Shown: positions 40,998-42,595 of the stretch, piece by piece | Layout of the letters: every line of letters begins with the position of its first letter | Position numbering within the stretch: position 1 is the first letter of the stretch | Source: a virus | Direction: 5' to 3' (one strand) | Virus record (IMG/VR): IMGVR_UViG_3300045988_182590 | DNA: 42,595 nucleotides | Position numbers and translations under genes: made by a program | Notes under the pieces: generated by a model | Told to the model about the DNA's origin: nothing | The model's database searches: none | What the model saw: the letters and a program-made list of their open reading frames with translations, nothing else

Positions 40998-42441
40998 AGA
41001 AATGGAAAAAGAACTGGATTCGTTATATCCGCGTTTGCGTATCGGGCAGAAATGCCCGTGCGGAAAACCCGCCGAACACGTCCACCATTTAATCGGGCGC
41101 AATAATCAGCTGTTGCGTTGGGACGTTAAAAACCTGTTGCCGCTGTGCGCCGAATGCCACGCCGCCATTCACGACAAAGGAATGTGGAATCACGGCTTGG
41201 ATTTGGTCGATGCCGAAACGCGCGCCTATTTGGAAGCCCGCAAAAATGTTTTGCTCAAAGACTATCTGCGTGAAAAAGGACAATCGTTTGAAGACTTCGC
41301 CGCCGAAAAACGAAAAGAGATTTTGGAAAACGTCGGGCGGATGCGAAACATTGTTCAAAACTCTGACGAATGGCTGTCCGAAAAACAAGGGACAATCGGC
41401 GGGTCGGAAATCGCCGCCGTCATCAAATCCTTTGTCCCGAAAGAACGCTTAATGGAAATAATGGGGGAACGCGCCGCCACTTCGTTTTTAAACGAACCGC
41501 TGTACACGACGGGCTATCTTGTTTTTCACAAAATCAAAAACGGATACCGACAGCCGCCGATTCCCGACGAATTGAACGTTTACGGACACGCCGCCGAATC
41601 TTACGTCGAATGGGCGTTGCGCGACAATGCGGATTTTGACGTGCGCCGTTGCCAAGACTTCATTAAACGCCCCGATATAAGCCCCTTTGCGTCCTGTTCG
41701 CCCGACGGATATTGTGTGTCAAAAAAAGAACAGTATAACGACGTGAACGGTCGCCCGATTACAGAGCGGAATCCTATTTGGGAGTGCAAAACCATCCAGC
41801 ATTTCAAAGCAATCAAAGAAGACGCTTTGAAGCGCGGGCTTCAATGGTCATATTTGTTTCAACTACAGAATAACGCAATGATTTGTGGGCGTGATTGCGC
41901 GGTCATCTCGTCAATGCTGTTGCCCTTGGAAAAGGACACGACATTTAATCGCGGCGTGATTGCGTCTTTGATTGAACAGAAACGCTTTGAAGAAGTGCAG
42001 GAACGTTTTACGCCCGAAGTTTACACGTCGGTTTACGGGCTTATCCCCGAAATGCAAGCGGCAATTAAGGAAGCGTTGCGGAAATTTGAACAGGCGATTG
42101 CCGAAAACAAGCCCCCCGAAATCAACAAAGAAACGCTGTCTTTGATGAAAAAGGACTTCGCGTGCTATCAAGAAGTCGAAAAGTTTAACGCGTCGAGCGC
42201 GGTGATGCTGTCTTCACAAGACCAAATCGACGGACAGGATGCACACGACTGGTTTAACGATGCGCTGTTTTTCGCCGAATCAATCCGCTTGGATGATGAC
42301 CGCAACGAAAAAAACAAATTGCTTATCAAAAAATTTATGATGGACAACAACGCGTCCGAAATCTACACGCTGGACGGCGGAAAAGCGAAATTGTCCGCAA
42401 ACGGTCGCTTGTCTTTGCAACCGCTTAAAAACGAGGGATAA
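40990..42441 (+). CDS. HNH endonuclease domain fused to a YqaJ/lambda-Exo-like recombination exonuclease
   Basis: N-terminus CPCGKPAEHVHHLIGRNN...LLPLCAECHAAIHD; then SDEWLSEKQGTIGGSEIAAVI, CSPDGY, WECKT (PD-(D/E)xK). Confidence 0.75.
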   Translation: MREEMEKELDSLYPRLRIGQKCPCGKPAEHVHHLIGRNNQLLRWDVKNLLPLCAECHAAIHDKGMWNHGLDLVDAETRAYLEARKNVLLKDYLREKGQSFEDFAAEKRKEILENVGRMRNIVQNSDEWLSEKQGTIGGSEIAAVIKSFVPKERLMEIMGERAATSFLNEPLYTTGYLVFHKIKNGYRQPPIPDELNVYGHAAESYVEWALRDNADFDVRRCQDFIKRPDISPFASCSPDGYCVSKKEQYNDVNGRPITERNPIWECKTIQHFKAIKEDALKRGLQWSYLFQLQNNAMICGRDCAVISSMLLPLEKDTTFNRGVIASLIEQKRFEEVQERFTPEVYTSVYGLIPEMQAAIKEALRKFEQAIAENKPPEINKETLSLMKKDFACYQEVEKFNASSAVMLSSQDQIDGQDAHDWFNDALFFAESIRLDDDRNEKNKLLIKKFMMDNNASEIYTLDGGKAKLSANGRLSLQPLKNEG

Positions 42442-42444
42442 AAA

Positions 42445-42595
42445 ATGACTGAAAAACTAATCAAATGCGCTTGGTGCGGCGCATACTTCAAAGAAAAAGA
42501 ACGCCCACACGGAAGCCGACAGAAATACTGTTCTGTGAAGTGTCGCGTTAAAGCAAATTATGCTCAAAAGGCGGAAACTTTGAAACAATCCAAAC
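42445..42595 (+). CDS. Zinc-ribbon protein, 5' part. The CDS crosses the circular junction and ends at 325 (118 aa in total)
   Basis: ATG 42445 follows gagggataaaaa. MTEKLIKCAWCGAYFKEKERPHGSRQKYCSVKCR is a CxxC...CxxxC ribbon. The frame is continuous with ORF 59..325 through the overlap. Confidence 0.6.
   Translation, partial: MTEKLIKCAWCGAYFKEKERPHGSRQKYCSVKCRVKANYAQKAETLKQSK
42477..42595. repeat. Second copy of the terminal overlap (identical to 1..119)
   Basis: Exact identity to 1..119. Confidence 0.97.

Noticed and set aside
1-42595. tRNA, rRNA or tmRNA genes
   Set aside because: No cloverleaf-like segment with a T-loop GTTCGAATC-type motif was noticed on visual scanning. A proper tRNAscan run would be needed to exclude them.

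Overview
The window is a complete phage genome. Bases 1-119 repeat exactly at 42477-42595, so the unit is a closed circle or circular permutation of 42,476 bp. Layout: (i) Plus-strand early, replication and recombination genes lie at 38.4-42.4 kb and continue over the junction to about 5.4 kb. They include RecT, an HNH-YqaJ exonuclease fusion, RusA, a replication initiator carrying an iteron array, a DnaB-C-type ATPase, and ThyX-like and MazG-like proteins. (ii) A rearranged accessory region at 5.4-10.4 kb holds HTH and GapR-like genes, an MT-A70 methyltransferase, a serine invertase, a glutaredoxin-like gene and small membrane or lipoprotein genes. (iii) A second plus-strand block at 10.4-14.9 kb holds a Lar-like gene, two YopX genes, an XRE HTH and an HsdM-like protein. 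(iv) One long minus-strand late operon runs from 37.1 down to 15.0 kb: Dps-like, TerS, TerL, portal, scaffold/protease, capsid, neck, sheath, two tube paralogues, chaperone, tape measure, a Mu-like baseplate, tail fibre and lysis genes. (v) A 1.3-kb non-coding, repeat-rich region lies at 37.1-38.5 kb. The most interesting signal is DNA inversion. The tail-fibre gene has a 23-bp inverted repeat bracketing two tail-to-tail alternative C-terminal cassettes. In the accessory region, the 5' end of a serine-invertase gene and the 3' end of a glutaredoxin-like gene have been reciprocally swapped, in frame at both junctions. A third small gene there is split into two halves 2.3 kb apart. Two nested inversions done in silico repair all three genes and give a coherent divergent-operon layout, so the region behaves like a shufflon, and the orientation sequenced here disables its own invertase. 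A second, truncated invertase paralogue sits with a tail-fibre-assembly gene inside the baseplate operon. Other points: a 12 x 10-bp phased iteron array inside the initiator gene, a promoter-leader-terminator unit in front of the late operon, three homopolymer frameshifts, an in-frame amber codon in the Lar-like gene, and a shared promoter/operator architecture. Functional calls rest on motif recognition from memory and on gene order. No database search was run.
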